64,000 bases of DNA from Candidatus Latescibacterota bacterium (GCA_965203355.1 OZ241889.1:960001-1024000); one strand, 5' to 3'; counted from the first letter of the stretch, positions 17,280 through 27,874 are shown. Notes: generated from the letters alone by a model not told the origin. Translations and numbers: made by a program.

Positions 17280-17942
17280 TCAGCCCTCGGTGAGGATGCC
17301 TTGGATCATCCCCGCCAAGTCCGTCTGACCAAAAGAGACGTCCCTGAGAATCCCCTTGCGATCTACTAATATGGTAGAAGGCGTTCCGCGCAGAGCGAAC
17401 TTCTCAAACGTCTCGGCCGAATATTCCCTGGCCTTCAGATAGTCCTTCACCCTCTGTGTGATCCGCGTCCGGTAGTGCTCAGGCTGGGCGTCGAAGTCGG
17501 GTACTTGGGGGTAAATCACGTCCATTATCGCTTCGTGGCTGGGCTCGCCAGACAGCCTCGTAAGGTTGTCCATGCCGAGCGGAAACGGGATCTTGTAGGG
17601 CAACCTGTCGCCTTCTTGCAACTGCCCGTTCATTGCAAGTGCGCTCTTGGTCTCCCCGATCACTTGGCCGGTCTCGGCTAGGAGCTTGAGGTTGCCGAGC
17701 GTGTTTTTGTCAAAGTCCTCAAAGGCCGTGGCCAGCCCTAAGACGCGCACCCCGTCATCCTTGTACCTGTGATACGCGCGTATCGCCTCGGGTATGGCAT
17801 ACATGAAGCAGCCGGGACAATTGACTTGGAAGACTTCCAGCACCACGATGTGATCCCGCTCTTGATCGAAATTGGTTGGGTCGCCCTGTACCCAGCTTGA
17901 GACCCCAAAGTTGGGGGCTATCTGTCCTATCTCTACGGCCAT
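17280..17942 (-). CDS. TlpA/AhpC-like thioredoxin-fold protein
   Basis: VLEVFQVNCPGC, GTPSTILVDRKG. Confidence 0.85.
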   Translation of the reverse strand: MAVEIGQIAPNFGVSSWVQGDPTNFDQERDHIVVLEVFQVNCPGCFMYAIPEAIRAYHRYKDDGVRVLGLATAFEDFDKNTLGNLKLLAETGQVIGETKSALAMNGQLQEGDRLPYKIPFPLGMDNLTRLSGEPSHEAIMDVIYPQVPDFDAQPEHYRTRITQRVKDYLKAREYSAETFEKFALRGTPSTILVDRKGILRDVSFGQTDLAGMIQGILTEG

Positions 17943-17966
17943 GAGGTGTGGATTCCTTTAGCTGTG

Positions 17967-19649
17967 TTAGGCCCGCGTCAACTGGCGGTAGCGGACCCGC
18001 TGAGGCACGATGGAGTTTTCGCCTAGCCTCGTTTTTTTGTTTTCTTCGTACTCCGAAAAGTTGCCCTCGAACCAATAGACTTGGCTGTCGCCTTCAAAGG
18101 CCAAAATGTGCGTGGCGATGCGGTCCAAAAACCACCTATCGTGGCTGATGACCACCACGCAACCGGCGAAGTTTTCCAACCCCTCCTCTAATGCGCGTAG
18201 TGTATGCACGTCGAGGTCGTTGGTCGGCTCGTCGAGTAGGAACACATTGGCCTGCTCCTTGAGCACCTTGGCTAGATGCAGCCGATTGCGCTGGCCGCCC
18301 GAAAGCGTACCAACCCGCTGCTGCTGGTCGGCACCGAGAAAGTTGAAGCGCGCGAGGTACGCCCGCGAATTTACCTTGCGCTCGCCCAGCTCAATCTCCT
18401 CCTCGCCGCCCGAGACCTCCTGCCAAACGGTGTTTTCGCCCACTAAGGTCTCCCGGCTCTGATCGACGTACCCCAGCCGCACGGTCTCGCCGATGCGGAG
18501 TTGTCCGCTGTCGGCGGTCTCTTGGCCGGTAATCAGCCGGAATAGGGTCGTCTTGCCCGCGCCGTTGGGGCCGATGACGCCGACGATCCCGCCCGAGGGC
18601 AGCGCAAAATCCATGTTCTCGAAGAGAATGCGGTCGCCGTAGCGCTTGCTCACGCCTTTAGCTTCAATGGCGATGTCGCCCAGCCGCGGCCCCGGCGGAA
18701 TGTAGAGCTGCACGGACTCGTTCCGCCGCACCCGGTCTTGGTTTAGCAATTCCTCGTAGGCCCTGATCCTCGCTTTGTTCTTCTGTTGCTTAGCCCTCGG
18801 CGTCATGCGGATCCACGCCAACTCGCGCTCCAGCGTCCGCTGCCTTTCGCTCTCGCTCTTTTCTTCCAGCCGCAGCCGCTCCTGCTTCTGGGCTAGCCAC
18901 GACGAATAATTCCCCTTCCACGGTACGCCGCGTCCCTGATCCAGCTCCAAGATCCAGCCCGCTACCTTGTCGAGGAAATACCGGTCGTGCGTGACGGCGA
19001 TCACCGTCCCTTGGTACTGATGTAAATGCCCCTCCAACCACGCCACGGTCTCGGCGTCGAGGTGGTTGGTCGGCTCGTCGAGGAGCAGAATGTCCGGTTG
19101 GCGGAGCAACAACCGACACAGTGCCACCCGCCGCCGCTCGCCGCCCGAAAGCGTAGCGACCTCTTGGTCTTCGGGCGGGCAGCGCAGCGCGTCCATGGCC
19201 ATGCCCAGCCGACTGTCCAGGTCCCAAGCGCCGGCCGCGTCGAGCCGTTCGGCTACGGAGGCCTGCCGCTCGATCAGGGCGTTCATAGCGTCATCGTCCA
19301 GCGGCTCGGCGAACTGGGCGTTGATGGCTTCGTACTCGCGCAGCAAATCCACGGTCTCCTGTACGCCTTCTTCGACGATTTCCTTGACCGTCTTGCCCTG
19401 CTCCAGCTCGGGCTCCTGCTTTAGGTACCCCACGGTAAATCCCGGCTGGATGCTAATGGTCCCCTCGTAGGCGGAATCCATGCCCGCCATGATCCGCAAC
19501 AGCGTACTCTTCCCCGACCCGTTCAAGCCCAACACGCCGATTTTGGCTCCGTAGAAGTACGACAGTGAAATGTCGGTGATAATCGCCTTCCGGTTGTAGT
19601 GCTTGCTCACTTTGTACATCGAATAGATGATTTTTTCCGCGTCGCTCAT
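17967..19649 (-). CDS. ettA: Energy-dependent translational throttle ABC-F ATPase
   Basis: [16 protein letters not shown], two ABC domains, [41 protein letters not shown]. Confidence 0.95.
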   Translation of the reverse strand: MSDAEKIIYSMYKVSKHYNRKAIITDISLSYFYGAKIGVLGLNGSGKSTLLRIMAGMDSAYEGTISIQPGFTVGYLKQEPELEQGKTVKEIVEEGVQETVDLLREYEAINAQFAEPLDDDAMNALIERQASVAERLDAAGAWDLDSRLGMAMDALRCPPEDQEVATLSGGERRRVALCRLLLRQPDILLLDEPTNHLDAETVAWLEGHLHQYQGTVIAVTHDRYFLDKVAGWILELDQGRGVPWKGNYSSWLAQKQERLRLEEKSESERQRTLERELAWIRMTPRAKQQKNKARIRAYEELLNQDRVRRNESVQLYIPPGPRLGDIAIEAKGVSKRYGDRILFENMDFALPSGGIVGVIGPNGAGKTTLFRLITGQETADSGQLRIGETVRLGYVDQSRETLVGENTVWQEVSGGEEEIELGERKVNSRAYLARFNFLGADQQQRVGTLSGGQRNRLHLAKVLKEQANVFLLDEPTNDLDVHTLRALEEGLENFAGCVVVISHDRWFLDRIATHILAFEGDSQVYWFEGNFSEYEENKKTRLGENSIVPQRVRYRQLTRA

Positions 19650-19650
19650 G

Positions 19651-20586
19651 TCAGCTTAGCCCTTTGTATGCTGTAAATACAATGCCCAAATCCCGTTCCG
19701 CCCGCGCCAAGTTTGAATATGGCTGTCGGCCCGGATCCTGCAAACACCGTAAGAAGTCACGGATCATGCCTTGGTAGCCCATCAAGTCCCTCACGCCCGG
19801 AAAGTAGAGCCGCTTCCGCCGCCCCTGCAACCGCACATATAGCCCATTGCACTCGAAGACGATCCGCCCTTCCGTCCCCAAAATCCGCCCGTGCTGAAAG
19901 GTGCCCTTTGTCAAGCTGAAGGCGTTCCAAGCGTAGCGCAACACCAGTTCGGCCCCAGCCGGGTACTCGACCCGCACTAGCGAACTCCGCTCCGGCGCGC
20001 CCGCTTGGTGGCCGGGAAACTCGGCGGTCACCCGCTGGGGCGCGGCGGCGAAAAGATCGGCTCCGAAGGCCACGAAGTGGATCCCGCCCTCCAGGAGTGC
20101 GCCATAGCCGCTTTTCCACCCCATGGTCTGCTGCGCGAAGCACTTGCCAAGGGTCGCCTGCTGCACTTGACCGATAAAACCTTGGCGGATGATCCACTTG
20201 AGCCGCTTGAGCGAGGGCTTGTAGTAGTAGTTTTCTGCGATCATCAGCAGTGCGTCTCGATGGGCGGCGGCGGCCGCGCCAATGGCCGCTAAATCGTCCT
20301 CTGTGGCGCACAATGGTTTTTCCACTAGCACGCCCTTGCCGGCTGCCAACGCGGCAATGACCTGCGACCGATGGGCATCCGGCGGCGAGCTAATCAGCAC
20401 CGCATCCACCGCGCTGTCGAGCACTTCATCATAGGATGCGAAAATTGGCCCGCCGCCGCACTGGCGGCTGAGGGTTTCTGCGCTAGCCTGTGTGCGGCTG
20501 TGAAAAGACAACTCGACCTTGCCGACGAGGTTTTTCGCGTGCCGGCGACCGATGGTGCCGCAGCCTATTAGACAGACCTTCTTCAT
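19651..20586 (-). CDS. Gfo/Idh/MocA family oxidoreductase
   Basis: MKKVCLIGCGTIG, VLVEKPL; ATG at 20586 overlaps GMC stop. Confidence 0.9.
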   Translation of the reverse strand: MKKVCLIGCGTIGRRHAKNLVGKVELSFHSRTQASAETLSRQCGGGPIFASYDEVLDSAVDAVLISSPPDAHRSQVIAALAAGKGVLVEKPLCATEDDLAAIGAAAAAHRDALLMIAENYYYKPSLKRLKWIIRQGFIGQVQQATLGKCFAQQTMGWKSGYGALLEGGIHFVAFGADLFAAAPQRVTAEFPGHQAGAPERSSLVRVEYPAGAELVLRYAWNAFSLTKGTFQHGRILGTEGRIVFECNGLYVRLQGRRKRLYFPGVRDLMGYQGMIRDFLRCLQDPGRQPYSNLARAERDLGIVFTAYKGLS

Positions 20587-22070
20587 TGCTGCTCCAGTAT
20601 CCGCTCGGCGACCCGCAGGGCGTTGGCTGCGATGGTCAAACTTGGATTTACCCCACCCGAAGACGGCATGAAGCTGCCGTCGGACACGTAGAGATTGTCG
20701 CTGCCCCAATAGCGACAGTCCACGTTGAGTACGCCTTCTTCTGGCGCGGTGGCGCAGCGCAGGGTCCCCACGGCGTGCGAGAAGGAATCGATCAAGTAGC
20801 GATAGCGCAGCAAACCGCCCGCTTGGCGCAACACGGCTCCTGCTTTGGCCAGCAGGTAATCGCGGCGGCGACAGTCCGAGTCGCTGTAGGCGTGTTCTAT
20901 TTGCACCAGTTCCATGCCGAAGCGGTCCTGCTCGTCGGACAATGACACGCGGTTGTCGCGGCTCGGATCGTCCTCGGCAATGCAGAGCAAGTTCTGCATA
21001 TAGCCAGTCAGCAACCCGACGAGCGTCTTGAAGCCCCAAGGGCTGTGGTGCCGGATGATGGGGGGAGCCGGCGTGTAGATGTCTTGGATGACGCCCACGG
21101 CCGTGCCCAGCTCCGCACGCAGGTCTTCGTAAAAATCGGAAAAGCAGAGTTGTTTGTGAAACACCTGTTGCGGATTGGTGCGAAAGGGAAAGAGGCCGTT
21201 GGCAATCCCGTTGCAGTGGCGCATGAGAAAGCGCCCGATCAGGGGATGGTCAAATCCCGAGCAGAGCATCAGGGCCGGGCTGTTGAGTGCGCCAGCGGCC
21301 AAGACCACTAAGTCGGCTGAGAGCGCGTGGGCTTGTCGGGAGGTGCTATCTACGTATTCGACTTGCTCGACGCGCCCGCTCCGTTGCACCAGCCGCCGCG
21401 CCACCGCGCCGACGATGATCGTTAGGCCGGCCGCCGCGGCCGCGGCTAGCACGGTGGAAGCCATGTCGTTTTTGGCCTCCACTTTGCAGGGGAATCCGTC
21501 GCAGGTGATGCAGCGCAGGCAGAGGGGCCGGGTGTGATCGGAAAAGTTGATGGCCAGTGGGATCTTGAATGGCCGCAGCCCCAGCGCGGTCCCCGCTTGG
21601 TACATGCGCTGGGCCGGTGCGCTCAGCGCAATGGTGGCGTGCGGATACGCGGTGAGTCCCGGGGGTTCGTGCGGATCCGCGCCTACTTCGCCGTGGACTC
21701 CGAGGAGTTGCTCGGCGCGGGCGTAGTACGGCGCTAGGTCTGCATAGGACAAGGGCCAGCGGGCGAAATCCGCTGGCCGCAGCCGCAGCGACGCCCCGCC
21801 GTAAAAAACCGAGTTGCCGCCGACGACCTCGTTGGGATAGGTGCGCTGGAAGGTGCGGCGTCCGTACTGCTTGACCAAAAGGGGCGAGGCCGTGCGATAG
21901 CGCTTTTGCAGGAGAATGGTGCGCTGGTCCCAGTCCGCGGCGTCGCGCTTGGCCCATTGGCCCCGCTCCAGCAGCGCGGTTTTTAGCCCGGCTTGCACCA
22001 GCGCGTGAGCCACCAGCGCCCCGCCGAACCCGGAGCCGATGACTACGGCGTCATAACGCGCCGCGTTCAT
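20583..22070 (-). CDS. GMC family FAD oxidoreductase
   Basis: DAVVIGSGFGG, VGGNS, CLRCITC, HAVGT, DGSFMPSSGGVNPSLTIAANALR. Confidence 0.92.
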   Translation of the reverse strand: MNAARYDAVVIGSGFGGALVAHALVQAGLKTALLERGQWAKRDAADWDQRTILLQKRYRTASPLLVKQYGRRTFQRTYPNEVVGGNSVFYGGASLRLRPADFARWPLSYADLAPYYARAEQLLGVHGEVGADPHEPPGLTAYPHATIALSAPAQRMYQAGTALGLRPFKIPLAINFSDHTRPLCLRCITCDGFPCKVEAKNDMASTVLAAAAAAGLTIIVGAVARRLVQRSGRVEQVEYVDSTSRQAHALSADLVVLAAGALNSPALMLCSGFDHPLIGRFLMRHCNGIANGLFPFRTNPQQVFHKQLCFSDFYEDLRAELGTAVGVIQDIYTPAPPIIRHHSPWGFKTLVGLLTGYMQNLLCIAEDDPSRDNRVSLSDEQDRFGMELVQIEHAYSDSDCRRRDYLLAKAGAVLRQAGGLLRYRYLIDSFSHAVGTLRCATAPEEGVLNVDCRYWGSDNLYVSDGSFMPSSGGVNPSLTIAANALRVAERILEQQ

Positions 22071-22851
22071 GGGCGTAGAGCGCGGCCAGCCCGGCGATGA
22101 TCGCCAAGGCCGCGTAGTGGAACTTCTCGCGGGTGTCCAATTCGCGCTGGATGCGGGGGAGGTTGGGTTGGAATTTGCCGGACATATTGCGCTGGATGTA
22201 GGTCTTGTAGTACTCGACGGTGAAGCGCTCAAGCCCGCCGTTCATGTAGATGAGAAAACCCAATCCAACTGGGTGTTCGGGATGGCCGAGGAAGTAAAAC
22301 AGCGGACTCAAGGCGGCCAAGACGACGCCAGAGCGCTGGAACTTGAGCCACTTGAATCCCTCAAAGGGCGCGTCTTTGTACGCTCCGCCCAAAGCCACGA
22401 GTAGCCCCGTGCAATATCCGGTTATCAGATAGCCCCAGAAGCTCTTGACGGGCGCGGCGACGAGCAGGAAGGCGAAGACAATGGCGACGATTAGCCCCCC
22501 CGCGCTATAGCGGAGCAGATCGCTGGTGACGGGCCGGCCAAAGAAGGTGATGCGCGAGGGAACGAAGTACTTGTGCTGGTCTTCGGTGCGGAAGAAGCCC
22601 TTGTAGATTTCGGCGAGGAAGCGCTCTAGGCCCATGATCAGGAAGAACATTTGCACGAGGCCAAGGTGCTGGAATTGCGCGCTGAAATACGGGATGAAGT
22701 ACAGCGGCAAAAAGATCGCTACATGGAAGTACATGCTGCGCGGAAAGGTCTTGGGCTTGAAGCCTTCATACGGCGCGTCTTTGAACGCGCCCCACAGACA
22801 GGTGTAGAGGCCGGAGACGAGGGCTGTGATAAACGAAAGGGCGAAAGGCAT
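22051..22851 (-). CDS. Hypothetical polytopic membrane protein with two-fold internal repeat
   Basis: GAFKDAPYEGFK/GAYKDAPFEGFK and GLERFLAEIYK/GLERFTVEYYK; several TM segments. Confidence 0.8.
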   Translation of the reverse strand: MPFALSFITALVSGLYTCLWGAFKDAPYEGFKPKTFPRSMYFHVAIFLPLYFIPYFSAQFQHLGLVQMFFLIMGLERFLAEIYKGFFRTEDQHKYFVPSRITFFGRPVTSDLLRYSAGGLIVAIVFAFLLVAAPVKSFWGYLITGYCTGLLVALGGAYKDAPFEGFKWLKFQRSGVVLAALSPLFYFLGHPEHPVGLGFLIYMNGGLERFTVEYYKTYIQRNMSGKFQPNLPRIQRELDTREKFHYAALAIIAGLAALYAHERGAL

Positions 22852-23004
22852 GGTTTCGTTGGACGCTTATTTAGCGTGGTCAAAACATCAAATAGTAGGC
22901 TTCCCACTCTAATTCGGCAACCGCCGCGCGTGTTGACCTTAGTTGTGCCAATGGTCAGTTTTGAATGACGGTCCACTGCCCAACTTCAACAAGGAGTTTT
23001 GCCC

Positions 23005-23868
23005 ATGCGGCTCGGCGTCGTCGGCATGTTGCCCCCGGATTTTCGCGCCATTAGCGACCAACACTTAGCGGCCATCAAGGCACTCAACCTCACCGGCGCG
23101 GCCTTTCACGCCCCCGGGGGAAAGCTGGCGGCTGTCACGGCCACCGAGTGCTACAAGGTGCGCGATACCATAGCGGCCGCGGGCCTGGAACTGCCCCAGT
23201 TCGGCATTGGCTTTTCCGAGTGCCTGTTTGATCCGGACGCGGCGGTGCGCGACCGAGTGGTAAGCAAAATTGAGCGCGGCATTGAAGTCGCCCGCGACTT
23301 GGCCGCCCACACCTGTCTGATCCGCACGGGCAGCCTCAACCCAGCCGGTTCGTACGCGCCGTCTCGGGACAATCTCGCGCCCGCGGCGCGCGCCCTGCTC
23401 GTCGAAACCCTCAAGCGCGTGGCCGCCAAAGCCGAGGCCGAAGCCGTCACTATGGTCATTGAGACGCATCTGCTCACCATCATGGGGTCGCCGGCAATAA
23501 ACCGCGACGTGCTGCAAGCCGTTGGCTCCGAGCGCATGACCGTGGTCATGGACTACGTCAATCATTTCCAAAACTTAGACCAAGTGTACAACAGCACCGA
23601 GCGCTTGCAGCACATATTTGAGATTATGAACCCCATCTCCGTCGTCGGCCATTGCAAGGATATCAAGCTGTCCAGCGGCTTGGTGCTCCACATTGACGAG
23701 GAGATACCCGGCGACGGCGAGCTCGATCTCGCCACCGCGCTCAAGCTGTGGCACGACGCCCATCCCGACGGCTACATGCTCCTCGAACACTTGCCCGACG
23801 AGCAATACCCCAGAGCCGCCGCCAATGTCCACGGCATCCTTGCCGAAGCCGGCATTCCCGTGCATTAA
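23005..23868 (+). CDS. Sugar phosphate isomerase/epimerase (TIM barrel)
   Basis: VIETH, MDYVN, HCKD, LLEH metal-binding motifs. Confidence 0.85.
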   Translation: MRLGVVGMLPPDFRAISDQHLAAIKALNLTGAAFHAPGGKLAAVTATECYKVRDTIAAAGLELPQFGIGFSECLFDPDAAVRDRVVSKIERGIEVARDLAAHTCLIRTGSLNPAGSYAPSRDNLAPAARALLVETLKRVAAKAEAEAVTMVIETHLLTIMGSPAINRDVLQAVGSERMTVVMDYVNHFQNLDQVYNSTERLQHIFEIMNPISVVGHCKDIKLSSGLVLHIDEEIPGDGELDLATALKLWHDAHPDGYMLLEHLPDEQYPRAAANVHGILAEAGIPVH

Positions 23869-23894
23869 ACGCCCATCTAACCAAGGAGAATACT

Positions 23895-25085
23895 GTGATC
23901 AAACCCCATGGCGCAGAAGAACTCAAGCCACTCTACGTCGAAGACGATGCAGTGCGTGCCCAGTTGCTAGCAGAAGCTGATAGCCTGCCGGCTGTAGTCG
24001 TCTCTTCGGCGGCTGCCGCCTCAGCCGTCATGCTCGGATCGGGCTACTTTACCCCGCTTACAGGCTTTATGGATGCGGCCGACGCCAAAAGCGTGGCTGC
24101 CAACATGTGCGCGACCGACGGCCTGCTGTGGCCCACCCCGGTCGTCAATCTGATCCCCGGCGATCAGGTCCCGGCGGGCGTGGCTCCCGGTAGCCGCATC
24201 GCCTTGTTGGATCCCAACGTAGAGGGCAATCCCGTCCTCGCCATCGAGGAAGTGACTTCGGTCGAATCGCTGTCGGATGCGGAACGCGCCGCCATCGTTA
24301 AACAAGTCTTTGGCACGGACGACGACGCCCATCCCGGCGTTGCTGCGTTCAAGGCCGCGGGCGACACCCTCATCGCCGGACCCATCGAGGTGCTCAACTT
24401 TTCGTACTTTCCCGGCGACTTTCCCCAGACCTTCCGCACGGCGGTTGAGTTGCGCGCCGAGATCGCCGAGCGCGGCTGGAACCGAGTGGTGGCGTTCCAG
24501 ACCCGCAACCCCATGCACCGCGCCCACGAAGAGTTGTGCCGTATGGCGCAGCAAGCCGTCGAGGCCGATGGCATTCTCATCCACATGCTGCTGGGCAAGC
24601 TCAAGGCCGGCGACATCCCAGCCGACGTGCGCGACGCCTCCATCCGCAAGATGGTCGAACTCTACTTCCCGCAAAACACGGTTATGATCGCCGGCTATGG
24701 TTTTGACATGCTCTACGCTGGTCCGCGCGAGGCCGTGCTGCACGCCATCTTTCGCCAGAACAGCGGCTGCACCCATCTGATCGTCGGCCGCGACCACGCC
24801 GGCGTTGGCGATTACTACGGCGCGTTTGACGCGCAGACCATTTTTGACGGCATTGCCGACGCCCTCGAAATCGAGATTTTTCGCGGCGATCACACCGTCT
24901 GGTGCAAGGAGTGCAACGAGGTGGTGATGATGCGCGAATGTCGGCACGGGGGCGACGCGTACCTATTCTTGTCGGGGACCCAAGTCCGCGAGATGTTAGC
25001 CGCTGGGGAGGCTTTGCCGCCGGAATTTGCGCGGCCGGAAGTGGCCGAGATCCTGGCGGAGTACTACCAGCGCGAGGCTGTTTGA
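23895..25085 (+). CDS. sat: Sulfate adenylyltransferase
   Basis: GTG after AAGGAG; VAFQTRNPMHRAHE, YAGPREAVLHA, IVGRDHAGVG, LSGT. Confidence 0.95.
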   Translation: MIKPHGAEELKPLYVEDDAVRAQLLAEADSLPAVVVSSAAAASAVMLGSGYFTPLTGFMDAADAKSVAANMCATDGLLWPTPVVNLIPGDQVPAGVAPGSRIALLDPNVEGNPVLAIEEVTSVESLSDAERAAIVKQVFGTDDDAHPGVAAFKAAGDTLIAGPIEVLNFSYFPGDFPQTFRTAVELRAEIAERGWNRVVAFQTRNPMHRAHEELCRMAQQAVEADGILIHMLLGKLKAGDIPADVRDASIRKMVELYFPQNTVMIAGYGFDMLYAGPREAVLHAIFRQNSGCTHLIVGRDHAGVGDYYGAFDAQTIFDGIADALEIEIFRGDHTVWCKECNEVVMMRECRHGGDAYLFLSGTQVREMLAAGEALPPEFARPEVAEILAEYYQREAV

Positions 25086-25239
25086 GCAAAGTGCAGACTG
25101 TATTTTGCACGTTTTTGAGGTGCTAAATGCAGATACCTTATGTCTATCGCACCGGAGACGATAAGGCCCGCGTCTTCAACCCTACGCTCGCTGACCAGAT
25201 CCGCCGTCCGCCTACCCCACGTATAGAAAGGACCTCCTT

Positions 25240-25712
25240 ATGCCGCGCAAAAACAAAGTGCTCAGGCTTGGCGACATGGCCCCCTTATTCACGCTCCCCT
25301 CACAGCAAGAGCAAGAGGTATCGCTCGCAGCGCAGCTAAAAAAAAACACGTCGTCCTAATTTTTTTTCGGGGAACATGGTGACTGAATAGCCGCCGCCAG
25401 TTGGCGGCAGTACAAGAACATCTCCCCACTTATGCCGAATGCGATGCGACGCCGCTCGCCATAACCGCGCAGTGGCCTCGCGCACTGATCGGATATGGGG
25501 TCACCTATCCGTTGCTAGCGGACACAGAACGGCGCGTGATCAAAAGCTATGGGGTGTATCACTGGCTTGGGCCAACCACGTACAAACTTGCCCGTCCGGC
25601 GACGTTTATCATCGATAAGAGCGGCGTTATTCGATATATGTATATTGGTTCAAATCAATTCGATTTGGCAAAACAAGTAGATATTTGCGATCATTTAGCA
25701 TTGCTCAAATGA
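25240..25712 (+). CDS. AhpC/TSA peroxiredoxin-like selenoprotein (UGA at 25380), reading frame broken at an A9 run
   Basis: MPRKNKVLRLGDMAPLFTLPSQ.../HVVLIFFRGTW-UGA-LNSRRQL...LLAD...ARPATFIIDKSGVIRY; hairpin 25393-25408. Confidence 0.75.
25393..25408 (+). promoter_or_regulatory. Putative bacterial SECIS element
   Basis: GCCGCC-AGUU-GGCGGC; loop starts 16 nt after the UGA and carries GU. Confidence 0.6.
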
Positions 25713-25753
25713 CGTTCACGTCTTATTGCGTCCGCACTGTGCGAGGCTGAGAA

Positions 25754-26536
25754 ATGGCAACCGCTAAAAAATTACATTACCCCGATGATTTCATAGACCG
25801 ATTTATCTGTGGCAATACCACGGATATTATGCAGCAACTACCTAGCGGTAGCGTCGACTTGGTTGTGACCTCACCGCCCTATAACCTCAAGAATTCGACG
25901 GGCAACGGGATGAAAGACGGCCGGGGCGGCAAGTGGTCTGGTGCCGCATTGGTCGATGGCTATTCTCACTACGGCGACAACGTACCACACGAAGAATACG
26001 TGCGCTGGCAAAGATCGTGTTTACAGGAAATGTTGCGCGTCATTCCTGAAAATGGCGCAATTTTCTATAACCACAAATGGCGAGTACAAGCAGGTTTATT
26101 ACAAGATAGGAACGACATTATTTCTGGTTTTCCCGTTAGGCAGATCATTATATGGAAGCGAAAGGGAGGTATAAACTTTAACCCGGGTTATTTTTTGCCG
26201 ACGTATGAAGTGATATATATGATTGCCAAACCAAAATTCAAATTGGTGGAAAAAGCAAATGCTCACGGCGATATATGGGAATTCGGTCAAGAGAGCAAAA
26301 ATAGACACCCGGCCCCTTTTCCCGTCGCTTTGATAGAGCGCATAATTTCGTCTACAAATGCTAAAGTCGTCCTCGATCCTTTCATGGGTTCCGGTACCAC
26401 GGCCCTCGCAGCAAAGAATCTCGATAGAAACTTTATCGGTATAGACCTTTCCCCCGAATATTGCAATATGGCCTTACAAAGGCTTAACGATCCTCCATCG
26501 GTCGCAAGAGGCGGCAAAAAAGTTTCTTTTATATAG
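25754..26536 (+). CDS. Site-specific DNA methyltransferase (N4-C/N6-A, beta class)
   Basis: VTSPPY before HPAPFP and VLDPFMGSGTT. Confidence 0.95.
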   Translation: MATAKKLHYPDDFIDRFICGNTTDIMQQLPSGSVDLVVTSPPYNLKNSTGNGMKDGRGGKWSGAALVDGYSHYGDNVPHEEYVRWQRSCLQEMLRVIPENGAIFYNHKWRVQAGLLQDRNDIISGFPVRQIIIWKRKGGINFNPGYFLPTYEVIYMIAKPKFKLVEKANAHGDIWEFGQESKNRHPAPFPVALIERIISSTNAKVVLDPFMGSGTTALAAKNLDRNFIGIDLSPEYCNMALQRLNDPPSVARGGKKVSFI

Positions 26537-26651
26537 GACTCCTATACGACAAGTAACAATAGATGACATTTTTTTCTATTTAATCGGTAATCCAATAACA
26601 GGAACAGAAGATCTGGTATGTGTATAATAAAGCAAAGTCAGGTGTTGCGAT

Positions 26652-27842
26652 ATGAGAAAGCTAAAAGTAGATTATCAAAGCGAACTCTTAGAGTACTGTA
26701 AGACAAACTCTAAAAAGCTTTCTTCAGAGTTAAAAAGACTAGGATTGAACTATGATTCGTTGATTTATGAAAATAACAAAGAGATAGGTAATATGTTTAC
26801 TGAATGCTCAGAATACAAAACACTTAGTGATTTTAAGAGACTTAAAAAAGACGTACCACTGGTAAGTTTTTTTTCTGGATGCGGCGGTCTTGACTTAGGG
26901 TTTGAGTTCGCTGGATTCAAGACAATGGCAATGGTGGAGATAAACGAAGTTTTCTGCAATACATTGCGCGACAATTTTTCTACAACTGTTGTTGGACCTC
27001 CCGAATATAATGGTGACGTTAAATATACTGACACAATTATAGAAATACTAAAAGATATTGGTATTAAAGAAAATTTCCCAGGTGTTTTTATCGGGGGGCC
27101 GCCTTGTCAGCCTTTCAGCATCGCTGCTAATCAGCGGTTTTCAAAGAGTGGGACAAAATTCAAGAGGATAGGTTTTAATAACAAAGATTACGGCAATCTC
27201 CTTTTCGATTACATATTTCTCGTTAAGGTATTTAGACCAAAGGCATTTTTGATCGAAAATGTGGAGGGCTTACTAACGCTGGATGGTGGTCGCCAAGTGT
27301 CTGAGGTTTGTCAGATTCTAACAGAGCTAGGATATACGGTAGCAAAACCCACTCTACTGAATGCAGCTAATTTCTTTGTTCCTCAGAATAGGTGGCGCAT
27401 GTTTATCGTCGGAATTATGAATGGTTCTTTTCGATTCCCGCAGAAGCAACCTTCTACGGTCTCGTGTGGCAAAGCACTAGAAAAGCCGGTAAGTGGTTTA
27501 GCTAACAACAAAACTAGAGAGCATAAGGCGGAGTCTATTAAAAGATACATGAAACTGGATTATGGAAAGAGGGACGCATTGGGCAGGGTGGATAGGCTGG
27601 ACCCGACGCTACCCTCAAAGACGGTCATTGCTGGCGGCACCAAGGGTGGTGGAAGATCGCATTTACACCCCCATATACCCCGGACTATGTCTGTGAGAGA
27701 GTGCGCTCGCTTACAAACATTCCCGGACGACTTTGTTTTTACTGGGTCTCCGGCGCGGCAATTTACTCAAGTGGGGAATGCAGTCCCGCCGATATTGGCT
27801 TACCATATCGCCAGACAGATATTTGAGGGGCTTAACGCCTAA
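26652..27842 (+). CDS. DNA (cytosine-5) methyltransferase
   Basis: FFSGCGG, GGPPCQPFS, ENV, Q.R.R, RECARLQTFPD, QVGNAVPP. Confidence 0.95.
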   Translation: MRKLKVDYQSELLEYCKTNSKKLSSELKRLGLNYDSLIYENNKEIGNMFTECSEYKTLSDFKRLKKDVPLVSFFSGCGGLDLGFEFAGFKTMAMVEINEVFCNTLRDNFSTTVVGPPEYNGDVKYTDTIIEILKDIGIKENFPGVFIGGPPCQPFSIAANQRFSKSGTKFKRIGFNNKDYGNLLFDYIFLVKVFRPKAFLIENVEGLLTLDGGRQVSEVCQILTELGYTVAKPTLLNAANFFVPQNRWRMFIVGIMNGSFRFPQKQPSTVSCGKALEKPVSGLANNKTREHKAESIKRYMKLDYGKRDALGRVDRLDPTLPSKTVIAGGTKGGGRSHLHPHIPRTMSVRECARLQTFPDDFVFTGSPARQFTQVGNAVPPILAYHIARQIFEGLNA

Positions 27843-27874
27843 AGCCACTAAAGTGATAGGAGCTATATTATATA

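Noticed and set aside
23895-25085. sat as evidence for dissimilatory sulfur metabolism
   Set aside because: No apr, dsr or qmo genes nearby; sat alone is uninformative.
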